Positions 50,404 through 60,722 of a DNA stretch of 62,873 nt are shown here, in pieces. The position numbers and the translations under genes are program-made. Position 1 is the first letter of the stretch. Each line of letters opens with the position of its first letter. Below the pieces are notes generated by a model. It was not told the DNA's origin and searched no databases. It saw nothing but the letters and a program-made list of their open reading frames with translations. Location of the stretch: the NCBI GenBank assembly GCA_020252385.1, contig JADCDC010000149.1, positions 1 through 62,873 of the forward strand, in the 5' to 3' direction. Origin of the DNA: Aestuariivirga sp. (lineage in GTDB: Bacteria; Pseudomonadota; Alphaproteobacteria; Rhizobiales; Aestuariivirgaceae).

Positions 50404-52788
50404 ATGGCAGAAGATTTCGCCGTTAAGGCGCCCGGGGCCGCGCAAAGCAGCGCTCTCCTGAGCAACGCGCAACTCATGCCTGCCGACCCGAAGAAGGGCT
50501 ACGGCACGCCCTACTACGCGGCTTACACCAATGACGGCGACATGGCCGGCGCGGTCATGGTGGCTGAAGGGCAGAAGGTCCGCCTCGTCGACAAGTTGAC
50601 TGGTGACGTCGTGTACGAGGGCGTCGGCCCGGCGGCGGCGCGGATCGCTACGGCCACGGCGAACGCGATCTCCAAGGACAAGGGGCGGGGGGCTGCGTGG
50701 GCCATCCAGAAGCCGACCGACGAGGGTGGCTGGGTGTCCATGGCCGAGGAGCGCTACGACCCTAAGAAGCAGGGCTTCTGGGGCAAGTTGGCGGACTTCG
50801 CGCTTCCGGCGCTGGGCGCCTTTCTTCTGCCGGGTGTCGGCGGCGTTCTGGGCGGGGTCCTCGGCAAGGGCCTAGGCGCCGCGGCGGGCTCCTTGGCCGG
50901 TTCGGTGGCCAATCGTCGGGACATGGATGATGCGCTCGCCCGGGCGGCGCTGTCAGGCGTGACCGCGGGGGTCGCGTCTAAGGTGCTGCCTGGGATCGGC
51001 AAGTCGCTGGCCACTTGGGACGGGCCCGTGGGCAATGTGATCAACACCGGCTACAGCGCGGTGATGAACCCGCTGAACGCCGGGGTCAACGCTGTGCGCG
51101 GCGCGGCGGGCAACGTTGGTAACGTCATTAGAAACGCGGCTGCGGGTGTCGGAAACACCGTCGGCGAACTGATCATCACCCCGTCGGTGACGAGCGCCAT
51201 CACGGGCGGTGGCCTCGGGGCGCTTACCGGGACAGCAGGCGCCAATGCGCTTACCGGCGGCTCGGGGGCTGATACGCTCGGCAACACTGTCGAGGGTGTG
51301 GACGTCAAGGCCACCAACACCGACGCCGTAACTGGTGGTGCCGCCGGCGGCGCGTTGGGCAACCTCATTGATGAAGTCGTCGTCAAGCCCGAGAAGCCGG
51401 GCGAGGTCGAGGGTGCGGGCGGTGTCGTCGGGACCATCGGCTCCGACGTCGTGCTGAACGACACCACCATCCCGAAGGATGTGCCTGATCTCGACACGTC
51501 AGGTCCGGACTACGAGGACCCGACTTGGCAGCAGAAGGTGCTGGATTGGATAAAGGCGAACCCGTTTGACGCCGCCAGCCTTGGCCTGACATTGGCCGGA
51601 GGTATCGGAGGCGCGGCGTCCGGCGGCGGCGGTTCTGGCGGTGGCGGCATCCCGCCCGGCTTCGCGGCTGCGGGCACACCGGGCTCGCTGTCCGACGTCT
51701 TCCGCGCCAATCTGCCGGCGCCCTCCGGACCGTTCGCCGATCTGTCCGCCCGCAACGTCGCCATGACGCCCGATCAGTGGAAGACCTATGGCACACGCTC
51801 CGAGGAGTCGTTCTACAACAACGTGCCGCAGCGCCCGTCGGGTATCCTCCCGTCGCCCACCGGCTTCAAGGCCAACGTTAAGCCTGCCGTCGGGCGCACT
51901 CTGGCAGGCGAGGTGGAGCCTGGCCTTGCGGTGGCTAACGCTCCGACCACAGCCGCAGGCCCGGCGTCTATGCCAGACTTCACGGCGCGCATAACCGGCG
52001 GCAACGGTCAGTACGTCGTCTGGGATGGTGACGCAGGGGCGGTGTTCGGTACGCGAGAAGAGGCGGAAAACTACGCTGCGGCTGAGAAAGCACGTGCATC
52101 GAAAACGTGGTTGGACAACCAGCAGCGAATGGTTGAGTGGGAGCAAGCGAAACCGACACTGGACAAGGCCGACCCCTCACAGGTAGTCGCTCACGGTGGA
52201 AAGTTCTACGCCAAAACCGGCGAGGCTGGAAACGGCAGTCTGTTTTGGAGAGACTACACGACGGAGGCCGATGCGCAGGCCGCCGCGAAGGCCGCTGCCG
52301 CCGCGCGGGCGCCACGCGCGGCGCCCGACCCTACAGTCGCCAATCCGCTCGGTGTCGCGCCCAGCACGCCGGTCAGCGGAGGCCCGACCTTCTCCGCGCC
52401 GATTCCCGACTACATGCGCGACGACTTCGTTTCGCGCGAACCTGCGTCAAACACGCCGTTCACTGCTCGCCTTGCCGCCGCCCGACGCGCCCCGCCGACG
52501 CCCGCGCCGTCCGCCGAGCCTGAGCGGTTCGCCAAAGGTGGCTTCGCCGTGCGCGGCATGGGCTCTGGCCGCGACGACAAGATCCCCGCGCGCCTGAGCG
52601 ACGGCGAGTACGTCATTGACGCAGAGACCGTGGCCCTCCTCGGCGACGGCTCGTCGGACGCCGGGGCGAAGCGCCTCGACGCTTTCCGCGCCAACATCCG
52701 CAAGCACAAGGGCAAGAAACTCGTGCGGGGCGAGTTCAGCGTGAACGCCAAGAAGCCCGAAGCCTACCTCAAAGGGGGACGTGTCTGA
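50404..52788 (+). CDS. Putative ejection/internal virion protein
   Basis: Gly/Ala-rich hydrophobic helices; C-terminal FAKGG..G.GSGRDDKIPARLSDGEYV. Confidence 0.72.
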   Translation: MAEDFAVKAPGAAQSSALLSNAQLMPADPKKGYGTPYYAAYTNDGDMAGAVMVAEGQKVRLVDKLTGDVVYEGVGPAAARIATATANAISKDKGRGAAWAIQKPTDEGGWVSMAEERYDPKKQGFWGKLADFALPALGAFLLPGVGGVLGGVLGKGLGAAAGSLAGSVANRRDMDDALARAALSGVTAGVASKVLPGIGKSLATWDGPVGNVINTGYSAVMNPLNAGVNAVRGAAGNVGNVIRNAAAGVGNTVGELIITPSVTSAITGGGLGALTGTAGANALTGGSGADTLGNTVEGVDVKATNTDAVTGGAAGGALGNLIDEVVVKPEKPGEVEGAGGVVGTIGSDVVLNDTTIPKDVPDLDTSGPDYEDPTWQQKVLDWIKANPFDAASLGLTLAGGIGGAASGGGGSGGGGIPPGFAAAGTPGSLSDVFRANLPAPSGPFADLSARNVAMTPDQWKTYGTRSEESFYNNVPQRPSGILPSPTGFKANVKPAVGRTLAGEVEPGLAVANAPTTAAGPASMPDFTARITGGNGQYVVWDGDAGAVFGTREEAENYAAAEKARASKTWLDNQQRMVEWEQAKPTLDKADPSQVVAHGGKFYAKTGEAGNGSLFWRDYTTEADAQAAAKAAAAARAPRAAPDPTVANPLGVAPSTPVSGGPTFSAPIPDYMRDDFVSREPASNTPFTARLAAARRAPPTPAPSAEPERFAKGGFAVRGMGSGRDDKIPARLSDGEYVIDAETVALLGDGSSDAGAKRLDAFRANIRKHKGKKLVRGEFSVNAKKPEAYLKGGRV

Positions 52789-52789
52789 C

Positions 52790-53821
52790 ATGGCTGACGA
52801 TACTGGACTGACCAGCTTCCTCAACAGCGGCAACGTGAACATCGCGCCGAACGCCAGCACGACCGAGACCGTGCTGCCGGAGTGGTACACGAACTACGGG
52901 ATGCAGCTTCTCTCTAACCAGAGCGCGCTGATGAACGCCCCGTACCAGACCTACCAAGGCCCTCGCGTCGCGGGGTTCACACCCGATCAGCAGGCCGCGT
53001 TCGGGGCGACCAAGGACGCGGCGTTCTCCTACCAGCCCGGCCTGAACGCCGCCACGACCGCCACGCAGAACCTGCTCACGCAGCCCGGCGGCTTGCAGAC
53101 CGCACAGCCCTTCCTGAACCGCGCCGGCCAGACGTCGGCGTCTCAGGTGCAGCAATATATGAACCCCTACCAAGACGCGGTGGTCAACCGCATCGGGGAG
53201 ATGGGCGCTCGCACCCTGCGTGAGCAAATCCTGCCGGAGATCAGCGACCGCTTCATCAAGTCGGGGCAGTTCGGTGGATCGCGTCAGGCCGAGATGATCG
53301 GTCGGGGCATCCGCGACACGATGGAAGGCATCACGGCTAGGCAAGCCGAGGCCCTGTCGTCGGGCTACCAAGGCGCGCTCGGTGCAGCGCAGACCGACCT
53401 GTCGCGCCTCGGCAACCTCGCCGGGACCGCCGGGACCCTCGGCCAAGGGGACATCGCCTCCCAGCGCGCCACCGCCGCGCAGATGGCGGACATGGCCGCC
53501 CGTCAGCAGAGCCTCGGGCTCGCCGGCGCTGGAGCCCTGTCAGCTATCGGCGACAAGCAGCAGGCCCTTGACCAAGCCAACCTCGACGTCGCGTATCAGG
53601 ACTTCCTCAAGCAGCAGGGCTACCCACAAGAGCAGATCAACAACGCGGTCGCTACGATGAAGGGTGTGCAGGGCGCCGTGCCGCAGGGCTCCCTGCAATA
53701 CGGCTACGGGCCTTCAGGTACGCCGGCGTCGCCCGAGGAGTCCGACCTCGGCAAGTTCGCTACGGGGGCCGGCACCGTGCTAACCCTCGCCAAAGCCGCT
53801 AAAGAGATTTTCGGAGGCTAA
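52790..53821 (+). CDS. Putative ejection protein
   Basis: YQGPRVAGFTPDQ, YMNPYQDAVV, FGGSR; Gln/Ala-rich. Confidence 0.75.
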   Translation: MADDTGLTSFLNSGNVNIAPNASTTETVLPEWYTNYGMQLLSNQSALMNAPYQTYQGPRVAGFTPDQQAAFGATKDAAFSYQPGLNAATTATQNLLTQPGGLQTAQPFLNRAGQTSASQVQQYMNPYQDAVVNRIGEMGARTLREQILPEISDRFIKSGQFGGSRQAEMIGRGIRDTMEGITARQAEALSSGYQGALGAAQTDLSRLGNLAGTAGTLGQGDIASQRATAAQMADMAARQQSLGLAGAGALSAIGDKQQALDQANLDVAYQDFLKQQGYPQEQINNAVATMKGVQGAVPQGSLQYGYGPSGTPASPEESDLGKFATGAGTVLTLAKAAKEIFGG

Positions 53822-53823
53822 GG

Positions 53824-55110
53824 ATGGAAGACGAAGACCTCGGCGCACTGTCCTCGGTGGGTGATGCGGAAGACGCCGCCACTCCCGCGCTGACCGGGAA
53901 CCCGCAGGCGCTCGCCGTGCTCAACTCCTTGCGCGAAGAGCAGCGCAAGCGGTGGGACGAGTATGCCCAGAGCATCCGCGCCGCGCGTAGCGCTCAGATG
54001 CAACAGCCCGGGCCGTCCGCCATGGATCGGCTCACGAGCGCCTTGCTGGCGGCGGGTCGCCCTAACCGCGGCGGGTCGAACTGGGAGTCGTTGCGCCAAG
54101 GTCTGGAGAACTGGAACCAGAGCGGCGAGGCCGCCCGCCAAGCGCAAATGCAGCAGAAGCAACTGGCTGCGCAGGAAGAAGCCGAACTCGCCAAGATGGC
54201 GTTCGAGCAGGGCTCGTCGCTGGAGAACCTGGCGGCGAAGTATGCGCTGGCGCCGCAAAAGTCGGGGTGGAACGTGTCTGGCGGCATCTCGACGGGCGGC
54301 GAGCCTTACGCCACCTACCGTGACGCGAGCGGGCGCCTCGTCGTCAAGACCCGCGCGGGCGAAACCGCGTTTGACGCGCCGGGCGCTCCGGCTGGCGGCG
54401 CCCCGGCGACTGGTGGTGGAGCCCCGGCTGGCGGCGGCGAAGGCGGCCTAGGGCCTATCCGGCGAGGGCCGGACGGCAAGTACTACCGAACGGACGCTTT
54501 CGGCATCGAGCGCGAAGTGTTCGGCGGCGACACGCGCCCCGCCACGCCCGAAGAGGCACGGCAGTTCGGCGTCACGGAGGGCTCGTTCGAGGGGGGCGTG
54601 TTCAAGCCGGGCGCCGGCGCAGTGCCGATGGCGCAACTCAAGTCGGAGATTCCGAAGTTCGAAAACAGCATCCTGCACATGCAGGACCAGATCGGGCTTG
54701 CGGAGAGCCTGAAGTCCCGCGCCGGGCCGCTGACCACGGGCCTCGGCGGCACAATCGCAGGGTTCATCCCCGGGACGTCGGCGTTCACCTTCAAGGAGGA
54801 TCTGACGAAGACGCTCGGTGGCAACATCGCCTTCGACCGCCTCCAGCAGATGCGCGAAGAGTCCAAGACCGGCGGCGCCCTCGGGCAGGTCGCCGTGCAG
54901 GAACTGGACGCACTCCGCTCGTCGATGGCCGCGCTCAATGCGTCCATGGATATGAAGGACCTTGTCCGCAACCTCGACATGGTCATCGCCAAGTACAAGC
55001 GGGCGATGTCCGCCTACCAGCGCATGGTTGAGGAGCGGAAGCGCACCCTGTCCGGCGGCGCTCCGGCGCAAGGCGGTGCGGCCCGTAAAGACCCTCTCGG
55101 TATCAGGTAG
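53824..55110 (+). CDS. Putative ejection protein
   Basis: Helical; FDRLQQMR.ES.TGGALGQV..EL. Confidence 0.7.
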   Translation: MEDEDLGALSSVGDAEDAATPALTGNPQALAVLNSLREEQRKRWDEYAQSIRAARSAQMQQPGPSAMDRLTSALLAAGRPNRGGSNWESLRQGLENWNQSGEAARQAQMQQKQLAAQEEAELAKMAFEQGSSLENLAAKYALAPQKSGWNVSGGISTGGEPYATYRDASGRLVVKTRAGETAFDAPGAPAGGAPATGGGAPAGGGEGGLGPIRRGPDGKYYRTDAFGIEREVFGGDTRPATPEEARQFGVTEGSFEGGVFKPGAGAVPMAQLKSEIPKFENSILHMQDQIGLAESLKSRAGPLTTGLGGTIAGFIPGTSAFTFKEDLTKTLGGNIAFDRLQQMREESKTGGALGQVAVQELDALRSSMAALNASMDMKDLVRNLDMVIAKYKRAMSAYQRMVEERKRTLSGGAPAQGGAARKDPLGIR

Positions 55111-55113
55111 GTC

Positions 55114-58100
55114 ATGCAGAGCATCAAGGATATCCGCGAGAAGTACCCGGAGTACAACGACCTCACGGACCAGCAACTGGTCGACCGGCTTTACCAGTCG
55201 GCGTACTCCGACATGCCTCGGGAAGAGTTCGACCGAAAGATCGGCTTCGCCCAGCAAGCCCCGCGTCGCGCCACCGGCGACAGGCCGCCCGAGGCCCTGA
55301 CCGAGACGGCCCCCGGCGAGTTCACCGGTGAGCGCGGCGCACGCTACTCCCAGAAGCCGCGCCAACCGCAACTCGTCGCCGACCTTGAAGACACCAACCG
55401 CCTGAGCCCCGAGGGCTTGCCGTCGGTCGATGACTTGCGCGGCAACATCTTCCGCAACATCCTCGGCAAGGAGCCCACGCCGTCGCCCAACGCCTTCGGT
55501 GCGTTTGCGCAAGGCACCGGCCTGTCCGCGCTGCCGACCCTCGTTGGTTACGGCGCCATGCGGGGTGGCGCGGCCCTCGGTGCGCTCACCGGCCCGGCGG
55601 CGCCTGTCATGTCGCCGACGCTGGCCGCAGGGCTCGGGATCACGGGCGCACTAGGCACCGCCGAGGCGCAAGAGCGAGCACTGGACGCACTGCCCGAGGA
55701 CGTCAAGGCGCGCTTCGGCCTGTCCGAGGAGCAGATCGCCGCGTCGCGAGAAGCCTACCCCTACACGTTCAACTTCGGCCAACTGGCCCCCAGCCTGCTT
55801 ACGGGGCGCCCGTTCTCCGCAGAGAGCCGTCAGGCCCTGATGAAGGCGGCCCGCGAAGTCAACCCGGCGCTGGCCGCGCGCCTGTTCGGCAAAGCCGCCA
55901 AGGAGGCTGCACCCACCGCCGCGCTGTCCGCCGGCGCGGGCGCTACAGGGGAGGCCGTCGGCCAGTTCTTCGATGGCAACAAGGACCCCGACATCGGCAA
56001 GATCGCCCAGACCGCCTTTGTCAGCGGGGTTACCGGCTACAACCCTCGCAGCATCTCAGCGCTGGAGCGCAGCCTCATCGGCACCCAGCAGCCGACCGCC
56101 GTGACCGATGAATTGCAGATGGGGGCCTTGCGCCTCGGAGCCGAGCCCACCCCACTCGACGTGCTGCCGCGCGATGTCCTCGGCAACCTCGCGTCCGACG
56201 TGGCGCGCGTCAACCCGCAAGCGGGTCGTGAACTGGAGCGCGCCGCCGACCAGCGCGTCCGCCAACTGCCCGGTGCGCTGTCCACTGTCGCCGAGGGCAT
56301 CCCCGGCGTGCCGCCCGGAGCCACCGTCACCGGCGTCACGGATGCCGCCGAGGCCGCCCGTCTCGCGCGTCAAGCCCGCATCACGTCCGGCGAGACGAAC
56401 ATCGTGCGTGGCGCGGAGGCCGAGCAGGCTGCGGCCAAGGCGGCTAAGGCCGAGGCATCCGAGGGTGTGCTCCCGGAGACCCGCGGCGGGGCGCCTGCCG
56501 CCTACACCGAACTGCAAGCCCAGCGCGACGCTGCGCGGTCCAACTTCAAGCGGCTTTACGACGACGCAGAGGCGGCGGGTGACGTCGCGCTTCCCGCCGA
56601 TGCAGCGCCCGCCATCGCCGATGAACTGGCGGCCACGGCCAAGTCGTACGCCGGCACTCTCGAAGCGGGCGAGGCCCCGGCCACTGAGCGCATCGTAGCC
56701 AAAGTGACCAAGGCGCTTGAGGAGCGCGGTGGCCTGACCTTCATGGACCTCAACAGCCTGCGGCGCCAGCTTCAGCCGCTGACAGGTCGTGGGGACACCG
56801 ACTCCACCGCCGCGCGCGATGTGATCCGCAAGATCGACGAGGTTGAGGACCGGCTGTTCGACGCCGGCGCGTTCGGTGACTCGGACGTCGTTCAGAAGTG
56901 GCGAGCCGCCAATCAGGCTCGCCGCGAGTTTGGCCAGAACTGGGAGAACAACGTCTTCGAGCGGATCCTCGCAGGCCAAGACCCCCAAGCCATGACCGTG
57001 ACGCTGTTCGGCACCGCCGCTGGGGCGCCAGTGCGTGGGCCGAACCGCGAGGCGGACATCTCCGCTGTCATGGGCCGCTTGAGCCCGGAAGCCCGCGCTG
57101 CTGTCCAACAGGACGCCATGGACCGGTTGTTCAGCAAGGACGTCGGCAAGGATACCTTCGGCAAGGCGTTCACCAAGTGGGGGCGCGAGAACCCCGAACT
57201 GGCCGCTCTGCTCGTGCCGGAGGAGGGCCGCAACGCCCTGATCCGCGCGCAGGGCGATATCAAGGCCGCTACCGAAGCATCGGAAGCCGCCAAGGCCCGT
57301 GGCGCCCGCGCTACCGAGCGCGCGACGACGCTGATGAAGCAGACCGAGGATGCGTTCAAGGCGAGGGTCGAACCCGCTTCGCAGGGGCGCAACTTCCTGT
57401 CGGAGAGCGCGCTGGACTTCCGAAACGCCGTCGACGGGTGGACGCCCTCCCAGCGCCAGACGGCGAAGGTCGGCGTGCGCCAGGCCATGCGCGATGCGGT
57501 GGCCAAGCCCGACGCCTCGATCCGCCTACTCGTCAACCTGGCCGATAACACCGACGCCCAAGCCAACCTGCGCGTCCTGCTTGGGAACGCCGAGGCCGAC
57601 GCCATCATCCTCAAGGCCGTATCCGCGCAGGAGGTCGTCAAGCGCCTCGGTGCGGTTGGGCAGGGCGCCCGCTCGGGTCTCGGCGCCGCGCCCTCCGAGC
57701 CGGACATGATGGACCTCGCACCCGACATCCTCGTCAAGTCCGGGCCTATGGGCGCGAGGGTGGATGCACAAGCCAACTTCTTCCAGTCGGCCATGCGCTT
57801 GCTGACCGCCAAGGGGCTGTCCAGCGCGGAGGCGCTTCAAGTGTCCCGCGACCTGCTGGACCCGGCGAAAGTGGATGCGGTGCGCGACCAGCTTGCCAAG
57901 CAGATCGGCGAGGGGCCAGCGCAGGCCGCGTTCCGCAGGGCGCAGGCGTTCTACGGCCCTGTGTCGGAGCGCCTCGGCATGGCCGCCACGCGCGCCACCG
58001 TGACGCAACGCGAGCCCCCACCCAAGGCCGAAGCGCCTGTTGCGCCGCCAGCGGAGGAGGAAAAGGCCGAGTTCACCTCGCTCACAGCCCCGACCCCGGA

Positions 58101-58623
58101 AGCCGCGATTACCGTCGCATCGACGATGGAGTTGCCCGCCGAGCGCGCTGCGGAAATCGCCGCCCCGATCATCGCCAACGAGCGGGTCGAGGGCACCGGC
58201 GACAACCCCCGGTCCAGTGCGCTCGGCTACGGCCAGTTCATCGACCCGACGTTCGTCGCCTACTACCGCAAGGCTTTCCCGAAAGAGGCGGAGGGGCTGT
58301 CAGAGCAGGACATCCTCGCCAAGCGCGGCACGGGCGTTGAGCGGCGCATGATGGACGTCTACACACAGGACAACGTCAACGCCCTCGTGCAGAACAGCAT
58401 GAAGCTGACCCTGCAAAACATATACGCACTGCATCACATGGGCGCACCGCTGGGTCTGGAATTGCTGCGCGCTCGCCCCGACCAGCCCGCCGAGCAGGTA
58501 CTGGGCGCCGACGTGATCCAAGCCAACCCGCACTTCGCCGGCTTGACCGTCGGGCAGGCGCGCGATTGGCTTGCGTCACACGCAGCCAAGGGCGTTCCGC
58601 TCAGCCAGCCCGGCGCCGCATAG
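55114..58623 (+). CDS. Large ejection protein with a C-terminal lysozyme/transglycosylase-like domain
   Basis: 1169 aa; NPRSSALGYGQFIDPTF..YALHHMG..VIQANP. Confidence 0.75.
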   Translation: MQSIKDIREKYPEYNDLTDQQLVDRLYQSAYSDMPREEFDRKIGFAQQAPRRATGDRPPEALTETAPGEFTGERGARYSQKPRQPQLVADLEDTNRLSPEGLPSVDDLRGNIFRNILGKEPTPSPNAFGAFAQGTGLSALPTLVGYGAMRGGAALGALTGPAAPVMSPTLAAGLGITGALGTAEAQERALDALPEDVKARFGLSEEQIAASREAYPYTFNFGQLAPSLLTGRPFSAESRQALMKAAREVNPALAARLFGKAAKEAAPTAALSAGAGATGEAVGQFFDGNKDPDIGKIAQTAFVSGVTGYNPRSISALERSLIGTQQPTAVTDELQMGALRLGAEPTPLDVLPRDVLGNLASDVARVNPQAGRELERAADQRVRQLPGALSTVAEGIPGVPPGATVTGVTDAAEAARLARQARITSGETNIVRGAEAEQAAAKAAKAEASEGVLPETRGGAPAAYTELQAQRDAARSNFKRLYDDAEAAGDVALPADAAPAIADELAATAKSYAGTLEAGEAPATERIVAKVTKALEERGGLTFMDLNSLRRQLQPLTGRGDTDSTAARDVIRKIDEVEDRLFDAGAFGDSDVVQKWRAANQARREFGQNWENNVFERILAGQDPQAMTVTLFGTAAGAPVRGPNREADISAVMGRLSPEARAAVQQDAMDRLFSKDVGKDTFGKAFTKWGRENPELAALLVPEEGRNALIRAQGDIKAATEASEAAKARGARATERATTLMKQTEDAFKARVEPASQGRNFLSESALDFRNAVDGWTPSQRQTAKVGVRQAMRDAVAKPDASIRLLVNLADNTDAQANLRVLLGNAEADAIILKAVSAQEVVKRLGAVGQGARSGLGAAPSEPDMMDLAPDILVKSGPMGARVDAQANFFQSAMRLLTAKGLSSAEALQVSRDLLDPAKVDAVRDQLAKQIGEGPAQAAFRRAQAFYGPVSERLGMAATRATVTQREPPPKAEAPVAPPAEEEKAEFTSLTAPTPEAAITVASTMELPAERAAEIAAPIIANERVEGTGDNPRSSALGYGQFIDPTFVAYYRKAFPKEAEGLSEQDILAKRGTGVERRMMDVYTQDNVNALVQNSMKLTLQNIYALHHMGAPLGLELLRARPDQPAEQVLGADVIQANPHFAGLTVGQARDWLASHAAKGVPLSQPGAA

Positions 58624-59962
58624 CGTCTAACAGAACGTCCTGCACGCTGCGCTTGTTGACGAGTCGGTCCAGCACCATCGCGTCCACTGTCCCCCGGGCG
58701 AGGATGTAGTGGATAAAGACAGGCCGGTCGTAGCCCGACTGCTTCTGGCGCTGCGGGCCGATCCGCTCGATGATCTGGTCGTGTTCCTCAAGGTTCCAGT
58801 TCAGGCCGAAGAACGCGAGGATGTTGCCGCCGTCCTGTAGGTTCAAGCCGTGGCCCGCCGACGCCGGATGCGCGACCAGCACCGGGATGCGCCCAGCGTT
58901 CCAGTCCACAATCGTCTTGGGGTTGTCGTCCAGCGGCTTGGCCCCGGGAACGGCAGCGAGGATCCGCGCCAGATCGCTCTTGAAGTTGTAGGCGACCAGC
59001 ACGGGCATCCCGTTGGCCTCCTCCACCACGCTCTTGAGCGCGTCAATCTTCTCGTCATGCACGACGGCCCACGAGCCATCCTCCTTGTAGACCGCGCCGT
59101 TCGACAACTGGAGGCACTTGCTGGTGCGCACCGCAGCGTTCACGGCCTCCACGCCCTCCCCCTCAATGAGCGCCCACATGTCGCGCTCCATCTCCTCGTA
59201 GGTCTTGCGCGCGTCCTTCGGCAACTCGACCTCGATCACGTTGCGGATCGGCTCGTCGACGTCCAGACCCTTGACCGTCAGGCACACGTCCTTGAGCCGG
59301 TCCTCGATCTCGGCCTGCGCGAACTCACGAGGCTGGAGGCTGTAGCCGTCCCAGCCCTTGGTGAACCAGCGCGCCTCGAACGCCGAGAACGTGCGACCCA
59401 GCCGCTCGCCGCGGTCAACGAACCAGACCTGGCCCCACAGGTCCTTGAGCCCGTTCGGCGCCGGCGTGCCCGTCAGGCCGATGAACCGCCGCGACTTGGT
59501 GTGCGCCACCTTGGCCAGCGCCCGCGCCCGCGAGCCGCCCTGCCGGGTGCGGTACCCCTTGAGTTTCGAGACCTCGTCTGCAATCACCGTCTTGAACGGC
59601 CAGCCCTCGCCGTAGTGGGCGACGAGCCAAGGCACGTTGTCGTAGTTGGTGGCGTAGATGTCAGCAGGAAGGCGCAGGGCGGCTTCTCGCTGCTTGGCGG
59701 TGCCCAACACCGGCACGACCCTTAGCGCCTGCGTGTGAGCCCATTTGGCGGCTTCCTGTGGCCATGTGCTGCTCACCACCCGCTTGGGGGCCAACACCAG
59801 TGCGGGGAACACCTCCTCGACCGTGTCCAGCGCGCTCAGGGCCGTCAGCACCGTGACCGTCTTGCCCCCGCCCATCGGCATCCACAGGACGCTGCGGCGC
59901 AGGTTGTAGAGGTGGTCGAGGGCCTCGCGCTGGTAGTCGTGCGGCGTGAAGGTGCGGGTCAC
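58601..59962 (-). CDS. SNF2-like superfamily 2 helicase
   Basis: PHDYQ, MGGGKT, IADEVS, LTGTP, SAGHGLNLQDGG, ERIG. Confidence 0.93.
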   Translation of the reverse strand: MTRTFTPHDYQREALDHLYNLRRSVLWMPMGGGKTVTVLTALSALDTVEEVFPALVLAPKRVVSSTWPQEAAKWAHTQALRVVPVLGTAKQREAALRLPADIYATNYDNVPWLVAHYGEGWPFKTVIADEVSKLKGYRTRQGGSRARALAKVAHTKSRRFIGLTGTPAPNGLKDLWGQVWFVDRGERLGRTFSAFEARWFTKGWDGYSLQPREFAQAEIEDRLKDVCLTVKGLDVDEPIRNVIEVELPKDARKTYEEMERDMWALIEGEGVEAVNAAVRTSKCLQLSNGAVYKEDGSWAVVHDEKIDALKSVVEEANGMPVLVAYNFKSDLARILAAVPGAKPLDDNPKTIVDWNAGRIPVLVAHPASAGHGLNLQDGGNILAFFGLNWNLEEHDQIIERIGPQRQKQSGYDRPVFIHYILARGTVDAMVLDRLVNKRSVQDVLLDAMRRRAG

Positions 59963-60240
59963 ACCAAGTCGCCGCCGAACAGCTTGTCGGCGTCCACCCG
60001 GAAGCCGAAGCCCCGGCGGTTGAGGATGGAGCCCTCGGGCACCTTCTGCCGGATGCGGTGGATCACGACCGACAGGTGGGTGTGCGACTTGCGCCAGACG
60101 GACAGGGGCTCGGTGTCGAGGCCGATGGCCGTGGCCAGATGCGCGTTGCTGACGTAGCCCTCGTGCTCAAGCATGTAGGCCAGGGCCAGGGCTTCCTGCG
60201 GGCCTAGGTTGAACATGTCGGCCAGTTGCGAGATGGTCAT
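59959..60240 (-). CDS. Receiver-less OmpR/PhoB-type winged-helix protein (93 aa)
   Basis: LGPQEALALAYML..GYVS..LSVVIHRIRQKV..ILNRRGFGFRV fits the Trans_reg_C pattern. Confidence 0.72.
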   Translation of the reverse strand: MTISQLADMFNLGPQEALALAYMLEHEGYVSNAHLATAIGLDTEPLSVWRKSHTHLSVVIHRIRQKVPEGSILNRRGFGFRVDADKLFGGDLV

Positions 60241-60722
60241 GCGATGTGCCTTCCGTCGGTCTTGAGGCGAGGGGGTTTGGACATGACGAAGGGGGTCTGC
60301 TTCGAGTAGACCACCTTCTGGTGCGCCGGGCAGTAGGAGCGGTGCCCCTCGGTGTCGGCGCAGCAGGAGTATGTCTCGTCGCCCTTCACGGTGGGGAAGG
60401 CGCACTCGCCGAACTTGCGCTCGGTCCACGGACGCATAAGCGAATCGTTCACAGCACGCACCTCCGGGACGGGTCGGACAGGGAACTTGATGATGTTGAC
60501 GCGCTTCTCGTCGTTCGCCTTGCGCTCGTTGGGCCGGCGCACAATGCGCGGCGGCTCGGCCTTGACGGGAGCGGCTGGCTTCCCGTGTTTTGCACCCATG
60601 CGGTGCATCTTGCCGATCACGGCTTTGCGCGTGACGCCGAGGATCTTGCCGATATCCACGGCGCTCTTGCCCTCGGTCCAGAGGCGGGCGGCGAGGGTGG
60701 TGTTTTCAGGCGTCCAGATCAT
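60237..60722 (-). CDS. gcrA: GcrA-family cell-cycle regulator
   Basis: WT.E...RLWTEGKSA..I..LGVTRKAVIGKMHRMG and C-terminal CAFP..CC..SYCPAH. Confidence 0.9.
   Translation of the reverse strand: MIWTPENTTLAARLWTEGKSAVDIGKILGVTRKAVIGKMHRMGAKHGKPAAPVKAEPPRIVRRPNERKANDEKRVNIIKFPVRPVPEVRAVNDSLMRPWTERKFGECAFPTVKGDETYSCCADTEGHRSYCPAHQKVVYSKQTPFVMSKPPRLKTDGRHIA

Noticed and set aside
58601-58623. 23-nt convergent overlap of the helicase and ejection genes
   Set aside because: Short tail-to-tail overlaps are common in compact phage genomes.
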